This document shows, piece after piece, positions 9,815-17,502 of a stretch of 56,249 nt of DNA; position 1 is the first letter of the stretch; each line of letters opens with the position of its first letter. The notes under the pieces were generated by a model, which was given only the letters and a program-made list of their open reading frames with translations, ran no database searches and had not been told where the DNA came from. The translations under genes were made by a program, and so were the position numbers. Origin of the DNA: a virus (Duplodnaviria > Caudoviricetes); IMG/VR virus record IMGVR_UViG_3300031857_000228, positions 1-56,249 of that record, one strand, 5' to 3'.

Positions 9815-10432
9815 ATGTCTTTCGCGATCAACGGCGCCCACTTCAAGGGCGTGTCCACCCTCGGCTCCTCTCAGCCCGAGGCCGGCTACTACGAGGTCGC
9901 CGGCCTCCAGGTCGAGCAGAAGGCCGGCGACAAGGCGGACGCCCGCCGCTTCCACGTCGAGTTCTCGAACGGCTTCAAGATGTTCGAGTTCGTCCACCTC
10001 CCGGTCGAGGGCCTCCCCGAGAAGAGCTTCAAGGGCCGCATCGCCGCGCTCAAGACCATCCTCGCCTCGTTCGGCTTCTCCAACGAGGAGATCGAGAACA
10101 ACGAGATCAGCGATGCGTGGTTCGTGACGACTACCAACGGCGGCCGCAAGGCGTTCGTCGAGTTCGTCCCCGGCCAGCAGGGCGTGCAGGGCTCCTACGC
10201 CCGCATCAACAAGTTCCTCACCAAGGAGCAGTACGAGAAGGCCAAGGCGTCGGGTGTCGTGCCGTCCGCGCGCGTCGAAGGCGGCGCGTCTCGCGCCTCC
10301 GCCCCGCCGGCCGTCGGCGCCATCCCCGCGGCGCCCTCCGCCGCCGTCGGCGCGCCGGTCCAGCCTGTGGCCCCGGCTCCCGCCGGCGGCCTGCGCCTCC
10401 CGCCGCCCCCCGCGGTGAGCGTCGCGCGCTAA
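9815..10432 (+). CDS. Putative single-stranded DNA-binding protein (DUF669-like)
   Basis: PEAGYY N-terminus, predicted beta core ending YARINKF, disordered tail; typical position after a Sak4-like gene. Confidence 0.55.
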   Translation: MSFAINGAHFKGVSTLGSSQPEAGYYEVAGLQVEQKAGDKADARRFHVEFSNGFKMFEFVHLPVEGLPEKSFKGRIAALKTILASFGFSNEEIENNEISDAWFVTTTNGGRKAFVEFVPGQQGVQGSYARINKFLTKEQYEKAKASGVVPSARVEGGASRASAPPAVGAIPAAPSAAVGAPVQPVAPAPAGGLRLPPPPAVSVAR

Positions 10433-10515
10433 GGCGGAGCGGAGCCCGCGCCGTGGGACCGAGGCGCGAATCGGCTCGCTGAATCGGGACGAGGTGGCGT
10501 ATCCACTTGCAGCAT

Positions 10516-10564
10516 CGCCCTGTCAAGTCTTGTACTTGGCAGGGCGTTCGCGCTTTGATATAGT
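10516..10564 (+). promoter_or_regulatory. Sigma70-type promoter overlapping a 13-bp inverted repeat
   Basis: TTGGCA(10536-10541)-17-TATAGT(10559-10564); IR cgccctgtcaagt/acttggcagggcg. Confidence 0.6.
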
Positions 10565-10585
10565 CGGCGTGACGAGAGGTATACG

Positions 10586-11398
10586 ATGGCCGCCGACTAC
10601 TACAGTACCAAGGACGCTCTGCGCCGCGAGGGCCAGAACGAGGCCGGAGCGCGGTTCCGCGAGATGGCCGGTGGCGCTGGCCCGGGCACCCCGTCGTACG
10701 CAGAGTCGCGTGAACCCATCGTGGACGCCACGGTGACGCCGGCTCCGGCGAAGTCGTTGAAGGCGGGCTTCTACCAAGGCGTCGGCGGGTACGAGTACAT
10801 CGTGGGTCCGCAGGGCGAGGTCACCATCGCCAACTCGCCCAACGCCCGAGGCATCGGGACCGTCGTGGATGTGGACAGCCCCTTCTACGACTTCATCGCC
10901 ACGGAGCTGGCTGGCAAGCAGGACAAGGTGTCGAGCATCCCCGCGCCTGTCGCCCAGCGGCTGGCGCAGGCGAAGGCGCCCAAGAAGGCCGGCCCCAAGG
11001 CGACGGTCACTCCCGGTGGCGTCGAGGGCATGGAGATCGAGCCGCCCATGACCCAGCCGGCGCCCGCGCCCAAGGTGGCCCCCCAGACCGCCGCTCCGCA
11101 GGCAACCGCGGCTTCCCCGCCCCCGGCGCGGCGCGATCCTGCGTCTGAGTTCGGGACCCGTGCGAACATCCGGGCAACGGTCGGCGGCGCCGTGGAAAAC
11201 TTCCTCGCCGATGAAGAGCGCCGGATGGCGTTCTCGCAGCGCACCGCGAGCGCGCGGGCGGACGCCGTAGCGGCGCTCGTGAAGAATGGCATGGATGCGT
11301 CGGACGCCCGACGGTTCGTCAACACCGCTATTGAGCGGGAAGGCGAGAAGGCGCTTCCGATGCTGGAAGCGCTGGGCGGAGCGCGGTTCACCAAGTAG
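10586..11398 (+). CDS. Hypothetical protein with DYYxxKDxLRR N-terminal motif
   Basis: GAGG RBS; 270 aa with a Pro/Ala linker. Confidence 0.7.
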   Translation: MAADYYSTKDALRREGQNEAGARFREMAGGAGPGTPSYAESREPIVDATVTPAPAKSLKAGFYQGVGGYEYIVGPQGEVTIANSPNARGIGTVVDVDSPFYDFIATELAGKQDKVSSIPAPVAQRLAQAKAPKKAGPKATVTPGGVEGMEIEPPMTQPAPAPKVAPQTAAPQATAASPPPARRDPASEFGTRANIRATVGGAVENFLADEERRMAFSQRTASARADAVAALVKNGMDASDARRFVNTAIEREGEKALPMLEALGGARFTK

Positions 11399-11476
11399 CT
11401 GACGCTACGCGACCTCGCGGGCGGCTTCTTTGAAGCGCACCGCGCGTCGACAACAGCCAGAAACACAGGAAGTAGT

Positions 11477-11899
11477 GTGGCCGCACCGACCGAGTACTAC
11501 GCGCTCAAGGACGCCGCGAAGCAGAAGGCACGCACGGCGGATGCGTGTCCGCGTGCGACGCAGGACGTGGGGCTGAACCTGAAGAACCGGCAGCGCGCCA
11601 TCGAGACGGCGATGTACGGCCCCGCCAATCCCGAACAGCCGGGCGGCTACTTCGAGAAGATCGCAGCGGAGTGGGGCGTCCCCGTCGAGCAGGCACTGAC
11701 GATGCGCTGCGGCAACTGCCGCGTGTTCGTCGTCTCGCCCGAGATGCAGGCGTGCATCCAGACGGGGATGGAGTCGGACGGCGGGGACGAGTACGACGTG
11801 ATGGTCGCCTCGGAGCTGGGCTACTGCGAGATGTTCGACTTCAAGTGCGCCGCCAGCCGCACCTGCCGCGCGTGGGTGACCGGCGGCCCGCAACGATAA
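11477..11899 (+). CDS. Cys-rich protein with HiPIP-like Cys spacing
   Basis: AGGA RBS and GTG start; CGNC...GYC-x12-CRAW pattern. Confidence 0.7.
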   Translation: MAAPTEYYALKDAAKQKARTADACPRATQDVGLNLKNRQRAIETAMYGPANPEQPGGYFEKIAAEWGVPVEQALTMRCGNCRVFVVSPEMQACIQTGMESDGGDEYDVMVASELGYCEMFDFKCAASRTCRAWVTGGPQR

Positions 11900-11923
11900 G
11901 TATGGTTGCGCCAGGAGTGTGCG

Positions 11924-12439
11924 ATGGCGGATTACGCTGAGATGAAGGAGAAGCTCCGCCGCGAAGGCATGGCGGAGCAGAAGGCCAAGCTCAACTCTAC
12001 TGCGGGCACGCCCGCGCAGACCTCGATGCGCTACGGCTCAATGACGAACGAGCAAGAGCAGATCGCAGAGCGCCCGTGGTTCCAGATCGGCGAGTACGAC
12101 ACCAAGCTCGCGCCGGAGAAAGAGTCAGAGTTCCGCGCGTGGGCCGTCAAGCGCGGCATCGACCGCGACCTCGAAGACTACGACCTGCGCGGGGCGTGGG
12201 CGGCGAACGAAGTGCCGGACGCCGGGCACGGCACCGACCGATACAAGAAGCCGAACCATCCGACGTTCAGCGTCGAGTCCATCTACGCCAAGGACCGGGG
12301 TGCCGGGCGATGGGAAGACAACCGCTTCGTGGTAGGTCCGGCCAACCTCAAGTACCGCGACATCGGCGCACTTGTGGACTACTTCGACAAGTACGAACCG
12401 GGCGTGAAGTTGGACTGGTCGGAGCTTGTTCCCGAGTAG
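11924..12439 (+). CDS. Conserved phage protein (DYDLRG...KKPNHPTFS..S.Y type)
   Basis: AGGAG RBS and ATG at 11924 (MADYAEMKEK...); motif recurrent in phage proteins, function unknown. Confidence 0.7.
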   Translation: MADYAEMKEKLRREGMAEQKAKLNSTAGTPAQTSMRYGSMTNEQEQIAERPWFQIGEYDTKLAPEKESEFRAWAVKRGIDRDLEDYDLRGAWAANEVPDAGHGTDRYKKPNHPTFSVESIYAKDRGAGRWEDNRFVVGPANLKYRDIGALVDYFDKYEPGVKLDWSELVPE

Positions 12440-12446
12440 TCTTGCG

Positions 12447-12477
12447 TTGACGCTGCGGTAGAGATACATCTACCGCA
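12447..12477 (+). promoter_or_regulatory. Operator/promoter element upstream of the MTase
   Basis: TTGACGCTGCGGTA plus a 9-bp IR tgcggtaga-gataca-tctaccgca that runs into the ATG; no SD sequence. Confidence 0.6.
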
Positions 12478-12914
12478 TGAACACCGACCTCATGTTCTCG
12501 TCGGCCACCGACCAGTGGGCCACGCCGCAGGCGTTCTTCGCTGAGTGGGACGCGGTCTTCAACTTCGAGCTGGATGTCTGCGCCGACGCCTCGAACGCGA
12601 AGTGCTGGCGGTTCTTCAGCGAGGCCGACAACGGCCTCTACCAGGACTGGGCGCCGAACCGCTGCTGGATGAACCCACCCTACGGACGCGAGATCCGTCG
12701 ATGGGTCCAGAAGGCGTACAACGAGAGCCTCCGCGGCGCGACGGTCGTGTGCCTCCTGCCGGCCCGGACCGACACGGCGTGGTGGCATGACTACATCCTG
12801 CCGCACGCGATGGTGACCTTCGTCCGGGGGCGCATCAAGTTCGGCGACTCGAAGAACGGTGCGCCGTTCCCGAGCGCGGTCGCCGTGTTCTATCCGCGGG
12901 CCTCGCAGCGATGA
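12477..12914 (+). CDS. Phage Dam-like N6-adenine DNA methyltransferase
   Basis: DQWATPQ, LDVCA, WMNPPY, LLPARTDT and RGRIKF motifs. Confidence 0.9.
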   Translation: MNTDLMFSSATDQWATPQAFFAEWDAVFNFELDVCADASNAKCWRFFSEADNGLYQDWAPNRCWMNPPYGREIRRWVQKAYNESLRGATVVCLLPARTDTAWWHDYILPHAMVTFVRGRIKFGDSKNGAPFPSAVAVFYPRASQR

Positions 12915-15745
12915 CCTACGATCCCCGGAAGTGTGGCGCACGCTGCGACGAGTGTCCGCTCGGCCCCTCGGGCAAGTTCCGCGAGGGCTACTGGCAGCCC
13001 GTGCCGCCGGAGCGCCACACCGGCGCGACCATCCTCGCGGTGGCGGAGATGCCGCACGCCGAAGACGCCAACAACGGCCGTCCGTTGTCGGGCCGCTCCG
13101 GGCAGGAATGGAACGCCGCGCTGCTGGCGCTCGGCAAGCGCCGCACGGACATCGACCTCACGCACGTCGTCGCCTGCTCCGCCGGCACGCAGCCGAACGC
13201 ATGGGAGAAGCTCAACAAGGCGCTCGACAAGGAGAACCGGCGTCTTCTTGCGCAGGGGCTCCCCGTCCTCCCCGACCCTATCATGTGCTGTCGGCCACGT
13301 CTACTGGCCGAGACGAACAACTACGAGAACATCCTTTCTCTCGGCAGAGTCGCCGCCAACTCGCTGACGGGAAAGGCGCAGTCCATCTTCTCGCTGCGGG
13401 GCGGCCCGGTGTGGGTCGACGAGAACTACGGCGCGCTTCTGGAGACGCCGCTCGCCGGCGACGCCGTGCCGGACGGCGCGGTCCGCAAGGTGTTCCCGAT
13501 GTTCCACCCCGGCTTCGTGCAGAAGGCTCCGGGGTGGCGGCACGTCCTGCACGCCGACCTCGGGAAGGCCCTCCGCTGGTTCTCTGGGGCGCTTCGGTGG
13601 ACCGAGCCGACCCGAACCTTCAACCCGTCGCCGGACGAGCTGGAAGCGTTCCTGGCGCGCCCTGCGCCCTTCTGGGCCTACGACTTGGAGACGGACGGCA
13701 TCGAGTCGCTCGTGTGCAAGGTGCGCTCCATCGCCATCGCGCACCCCGACCTCAACGCCGAGGGGCGCGCCATGCGCCCCGGCCAGGAGGAGGCCGTCCG
13801 CTGCGCGGTGATGGGCCTCAACATCCTGAGCGGCGACGGCTTCACCCGGTACTACGATCCCGCCGACGAGGCCCGCGTCCTCGACATCCTCCGGCGCTTC
13901 TTCCTCGACACGAGCAGGGTCAAGGTGGGCCACAACGCCGGCTACTACGACCGACAGGTCGTCGAGCAGTGGCTCGGCGTGACCCCGATGCCGATCATCG
14001 ACACGCTCTTCGCGGCAAGGTTCAGGGCGCCCGAGCTGCCAAAGGGGCTGAAGACGGTGGGCTCGGTCCTCACCGACGTCGACCGCTGGGAGACGACCGA
14101 GAAGGGCGAGAGCCTCGCGTTCGGGAATGTCGACGACTGGGACCGCCTCGCCTACAACTGCACCGACTCGTCGGTGAACGCGCGCATCGTCGTGCCGTTG
14201 ATGGACGCCGCAGAAGAGGTCGGCGCGTTCCGCGACCTGCCCGAGGCGCTGCGGCCCGTCGGCTGGGAGAACCGGCGCTGGGACCTGCACGAACTCGACC
14301 ACGCGACGCAGGATATGTGCGTCAACCTCCACAAGATCGGCGTGTACGTCGACCAGGAAGCACGCTTCAAGATGGAGGTGGAGACGCGGGCCTCGGTCGC
14401 GAAGCGCGAGAAGAACCTCTCCGAGCTGGCGCGTGCCGTCGGCGTCAGTCGGCTCGACCTCAAGAGCGCCGGCGCCAACGACGAGAGCGACGACACCGAG
14501 GGCGTGAAGCCGGGCAGCGCCGACCAGATCCGCGACCTGCTCTACGAGGAGTGGAAGCTCGGCATCCCGCCGAACATGGAGGCGCGCGACTTCTACACCA
14601 TGTCGGGGATGCCGGGCACCGGGGACAAGGTGCTCCGCGGCCACCTCGCCGGCGGCCGGCTGACGAAGGAGCAGGAGGCGTTCATCCGCGAGCTGCGGCT
14701 GTACCGCCGGGAGAAGAACAAGATCCTCGGCACCGTGCTGCTACCGCTGAACCTCGCGGCGCACGACCCGAAGAAGGGCGTCATCTGGCACGCCGACGGG
14801 CGCGTGCGCTCCACCTGGAACGCCCACGTCACGGCACCGGGGCGGCTGTCTTCCTCTGGTCCGAACCTTCAGAACATCGGCTCACGGAAGGGACAGGGCA
14901 AGCTGAAGACGCTCTTCGCAGCGCAGCCGGGCCACCTCTTCGTCGGCGCCGACCTCGACCAAGCGCATCTCCGCATCACGGCGAACTACTGGCGCATCCC
15001 GCTCCTGCTGGAGTGCTTCAGCGAGGGGAAGGATCCGCACAACACGCTCGCGTATCAGGTGTTCGGCGACAAGTTCAAGAACGCGGACGGCTGGGGCCCC
15101 GACGGCTTTAGCGTCTACAAGAAGCCGGGCGGCGGCATGGCGAAGGCGATGCGCGATGTCATGAAGACTTTTAGATATGCCAGTATTTACTGGGCAGATC
15201 CGATGACCGTGTGGCAAGTGCTCACGTCAACCGAGTCGGACGGCGGCGAGATGCCGTACCTCAACATGACCTCGAAAGAGGTCCGCCACTTCCACGAGAC
15301 ATGGCTCAAGAACGAGCCGGAGTGGATGGCCGCATGGGAGGTGATGCTCTCGATGTATCGGCACCAGGGCTACATGGAAGAGCCCGTGCTGGGACGGCGC
15401 TCGGGTGGCCTCTCCGACGGCAAGAAGAACGAGGTCGTGAACTTCCCCATCCTGGCCGCCGAGGCGTCGCTGATGCGGCTTGCGGAGCAGGCGCTCATCG
15501 CTGCCTACCCGTGGAACCTCGACGCGCGGACGGGCCTCATCCACCAGTGCCACGACTCCGTCGCGGTAGAGATCGAAGCTCCGCCGGGGCTGGAGAAGTG
15601 GAAGCCCGCGAAGGGGGAGGCGCTCCCCGCCGAGCTGGAGCGCCATCGGAAGCGCGTCGAGGAGTGCATGACGGTGCGCGTTCCTGGCTGGGAAGTGCCG
15701 CTCACCGCCGAGGCGAGCGTCGGCCGAAACCTCAAGGAGGCTTGA
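12911..15745 (+). CDS. polA: Family A DNA polymerase with N-terminal UDG-like domain and 3'-5' exonuclease
   Basis: UDG-like CxxCPL, AEMP, GRPLSG, THVVAC and FHPG; exonuclease YDLETDG, GHNAGYYD and YNCTD; polymerase GRLSSSGPNLQNI, ADLDQAHLR, RxxxKTFRYASIY and HDS. Confidence 0.92.
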   Translation: MTYDPRKCGARCDECPLGPSGKFREGYWQPVPPERHTGATILAVAEMPHAEDANNGRPLSGRSGQEWNAALLALGKRRTDIDLTHVVACSAGTQPNAWEKLNKALDKENRRLLAQGLPVLPDPIMCCRPRLLAETNNYENILSLGRVAANSLTGKAQSIFSLRGGPVWVDENYGALLETPLAGDAVPDGAVRKVFPMFHPGFVQKAPGWRHVLHADLGKALRWFSGALRWTEPTRTFNPSPDELEAFLARPAPFWAYDLETDGIESLVCKVRSIAIAHPDLNAEGRAMRPGQEEAVRCAVMGLNILSGDGFTRYYDPADEARVLDILRRFFLDTSRVKVGHNAGYYDRQVVEQWLGVTPMPIIDTLFAARFRAPELPKGLKTVGSVLTDVDRWETTEKGESLAFGNVDDWDRLAYNCTDSSVNARIVVPLMDAAEEVGAFRDLPEALRPVGWENRRWDLHELDHATQDMCVNLHKIGVYVDQEARFKMEVETRASVAKREKNLSELARAVGVSRLDLKSAGANDESDDTEGVKPGSADQIRDLLYEEWKLGIPPNMEARDFYTMSGMPGTGDKVLRGHLAGGRLTKEQEAFIRELRLYRREKNKILGTVLLPLNLAAHDPKKGVIWHADGRVRSTWNAHVTAPGRLSSSGPNLQNIGSRKGQGKLKTLFAAQPGHLFVGADLDQAHLRITANYWRIPLLLECFSEGKDPHNTLAYQVFGDKFKNADGWGPDGFSVYKKPGGGMAKAMRDVMKTFRYASIYWADPMTVWQVLTSTESDGGEMPYLNMTSKEVRHFHETWLKNEPEWMAAWEVMLSMYRHQGYMEEPVLGRRSGGLSDGKKNEVVNFPILAAEASLMRLAEQALIAAYPWNLDARTGLIHQCHDSVAVEIEAPPGLEKWKPAKGEALPAELERHRKRVEECMTVRVPGWEVPLTAEASVGRNLKEA

Positions 15746-15770
15746 CGCTCCGGTAAGGTACGGTTAGAGT
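15742..15770 (+). promoter_or_regulatory. Sigma70-type promoter with operator, overlapping the polA stop codon
   Basis: TTGACG(15742-15747)-17-TAGAGT(15765-15770); contains TGACGCTCCGGTA. Confidence 0.65.
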
Positions 15771-15799
15771 GGTCCTGAGTGAAACACCTCGGGAGTCTC

Positions 15800-16042
15800 A
15801 TGGACGACGGACTGAAGCAGCTCGCCGCGCGTGACGCGGTCAACCACCCGGACCACTACGGCGGGGAGAACAACCCCTACGAGTGCATCAAGGTGATTGA
15901 AGCGTGGGACCTTGGGTTCAACCTTGGCAACGCGCTGAAGTACATCTCGCGCGCCGGGAAGAAGGACGCGGCCAAGGCCGTCGAAGATCTCCGCAAGGCC
16001 AAGCAGTACCTCGACTTTGAGATTGCCAGGAGGAGCCGATGA
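15800..16042 (+). CDS. DUF3310 (SaV / T7 gp1.7-like) protein
   Basis: DAVNHPDHY...ECIKVI...GFNLGNALKYISRAGKK...EDLRKA; GGGAG RBS before ATG 15800 (alternative GTG at 15779). Confidence 0.85.
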   Translation: MDDGLKQLAARDAVNHPDHYGGENNPYECIKVIEAWDLGFNLGNALKYISRAGKKDAAKAVEDLRKAKQYLDFEIARRSR

Positions 16043-16368
16043 ACGACGAACAGGACCGCCTTGCCTACGCCCTCGCGACCCTGCGCCGCGCCGCCGAACA
16101 CGGCTACCCGTGGTCGATCTACCCCGCCGAGGCTCTCGCCCTCGTCGCGGAGGTGGAGCGCCTGCGCGCCGTCGTCGCGGACCAGCAGATGCTACTGGAC
16201 GAGCATCGGATGGACAACCAGCACGCCTACGAGGAGGGCGGACACGCGGAGCGCGCCGCCGTGGTGGCGTGGCTGCGCGACCTCGGGGATCAGGTTCCGG
16301 TCGCGCGCGACCAATGGATCGCTGACTGCATCGAGCGCGGCGAGCACCGCCGCAAGGAGGAAGAATGA
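16039..16368 (+). CDS. Hypothetical phage protein
   Basis: AGGAG RBS; ATGA overlaps on both sides; ERAAVVAWLR...IERGEH. Confidence 0.7.
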   Translation: MNDEQDRLAYALATLRRAAEHGYPWSIYPAEALALVAEVERLRAVVADQQMLLDEHRMDNQHAYEEGGHAERAAVVAWLRDLGDQVPVARDQWIADCIERGEHRRKEEE

Positions 16369-16805
16369 CCCCCGCCGACCTCGACCTCGCCCGCCGCGCC
16401 GTCGCGTGCAAGGGGTGGAAGTGGCTTCCCGGGATGCGCGCCGTGGGCCAGTACCCCGGCTATCCCGTGCGCGTCCATGCGTTCGGGGAGAATGTCCGCG
16501 ACACCGACGATATGGAGGAGCCGGAGCCGTGGGGCTGGCAGCAGCCCGCGCCCTACGGCGACCATGTCTATCCGGGGCCGTACCTCCCCGACCTCACCGA
16601 CCCCGCCACGCTGGGATGCCTGCTGGCGCTGGTGCGGGAGGCGTGGGGGAGCAACCAGTGCTTTGTGCGCTGCGACCCGTCGTGGTTCGTGCTCTGCCGG
16701 ACCCCGCCTGCGCAGGCGGCGAAGATTGGCCACGGATGGAGCGGCCCATTCACGGGCGCCACCGAAGCCGAGGCCCTCGTCGCCGCGCTGGAGGCCGCGC
16801 CGTGA
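16365..16805 (+). CDS. Hypothetical phage protein
   Basis: AGGAGG RBS; PDLTDPATLGCLLALVREAW...EAEALVAALEA. Confidence 0.7.
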   Translation: MTPADLDLARRAVACKGWKWLPGMRAVGQYPGYPVRVHAFGENVRDTDDMEEPEPWGWQQPAPYGDHVYPGPYLPDLTDPATLGCLLALVREAWGSNQCFVRCDPSWFVLCRTPPAQAAKIGHGWSGPFTGATEAEALVAALEAAP

Positions 16806-17020
16806 GCCGTGCTACGAGAACTGCTACCATCGTTCCACACTCGGTGAACATCGAGTGTGCGAACTGCCGCACTCCGATCTACGAGAGCGTCATCGCGGCG
16901 GACAACAACATCCCGTGGGGTCGTGTCGTGAACTGCGAGAACTGCGGCCACCCCGTGCGCGTCCCGCCCTCCCCCTTCGCCGGACTATCGTTCGGCGCGC
17001 CCTCGCTTCGAGGCAAGTAG
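16802..17020 (+). CDS. Zinc-ribbon protein
   Basis: GTGA overlap and GGAGG RBS; CANC...CENC. Confidence 0.65.
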   Translation: MSRATRTATIVPHSVNIECANCRTPIYESVIAADNNIPWGRVVNCENCGHPVRVPPSPFAGLSFGAPSLRGK

Positions 17021-17022
17021 CC

Positions 17023-17427
17023 ATGTCCGTCTTCTTCGCTCATGCCAAAGCCACGCCGAACGAGGTCATCGACGACTGGGCCGCGCGCGTCTCGGCGCGC
17101 TGGCAGGCTGCGGTCACGGCGGGCCGGGACGACTACCTGACGCGCAGCCGCGCCCTCGGCGGCTGGCAGACCTGGGTGCGCGATGTTCCCGTCGCAGAGA
17201 CATGGGACGGCTCTCCGCTGTTCCAGGTCATCGTCGTCCCCGTCGCACACCTCGATATGCCGACGGTCGGAAGTGCGACCGAGGTGCTTCTCCGTGGGTT
17301 CATCGCTGCCGGCAAGCCCGCGTATGCGTGGAACCACGAGACGGACGAGGTGGCGGAGATCGTCGATGTCGCAGGAACGAACAGCGACAGTTGGCAAGAC
17401 ACGGGAATGTTGATCTTCAACACTTGA
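17023..17427 (+). CDS. Hypothetical protein, possible NDT/TIR-like Rossmannoid fold
   Basis: ATG at 17023 (MSVFFAH...); IVVP...VGSAT...AAGKPAYAW resembles the nucleoside deoxyribosyltransferase layout. ORF is well supported; fold is tentative. Confidence 0.5.
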   Translation: MSVFFAHAKATPNEVIDDWAARVSARWQAAVTAGRDDYLTRSRALGGWQTWVRDVPVAETWDGSPLFQVIVVPVAHLDMPTVGSATEVLLRGFIAAGKPAYAWNHETDEVAEIVDVAGTNSDSWQDTGMLIFNT

Positions 17428-17502
17428 CGGTGCGGTACGGATACACTAAATGGAAGGCGTGGGTCGGGGTCGTCTCGATTCACACCTCCCCGGAGCTGTA
17501 CC

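Noticed and set aside
12859-15111. 750-aa alternative-frame ORF overlapping polA
   Set aside because: Arg/Pro/Gly-rich off-frame read typical of high-GC DNA.
12911-15745. DpoZ / Z-genome system
   Set aside because: No PurZ, DatZ or MazZ-like gene was recognised in the window.
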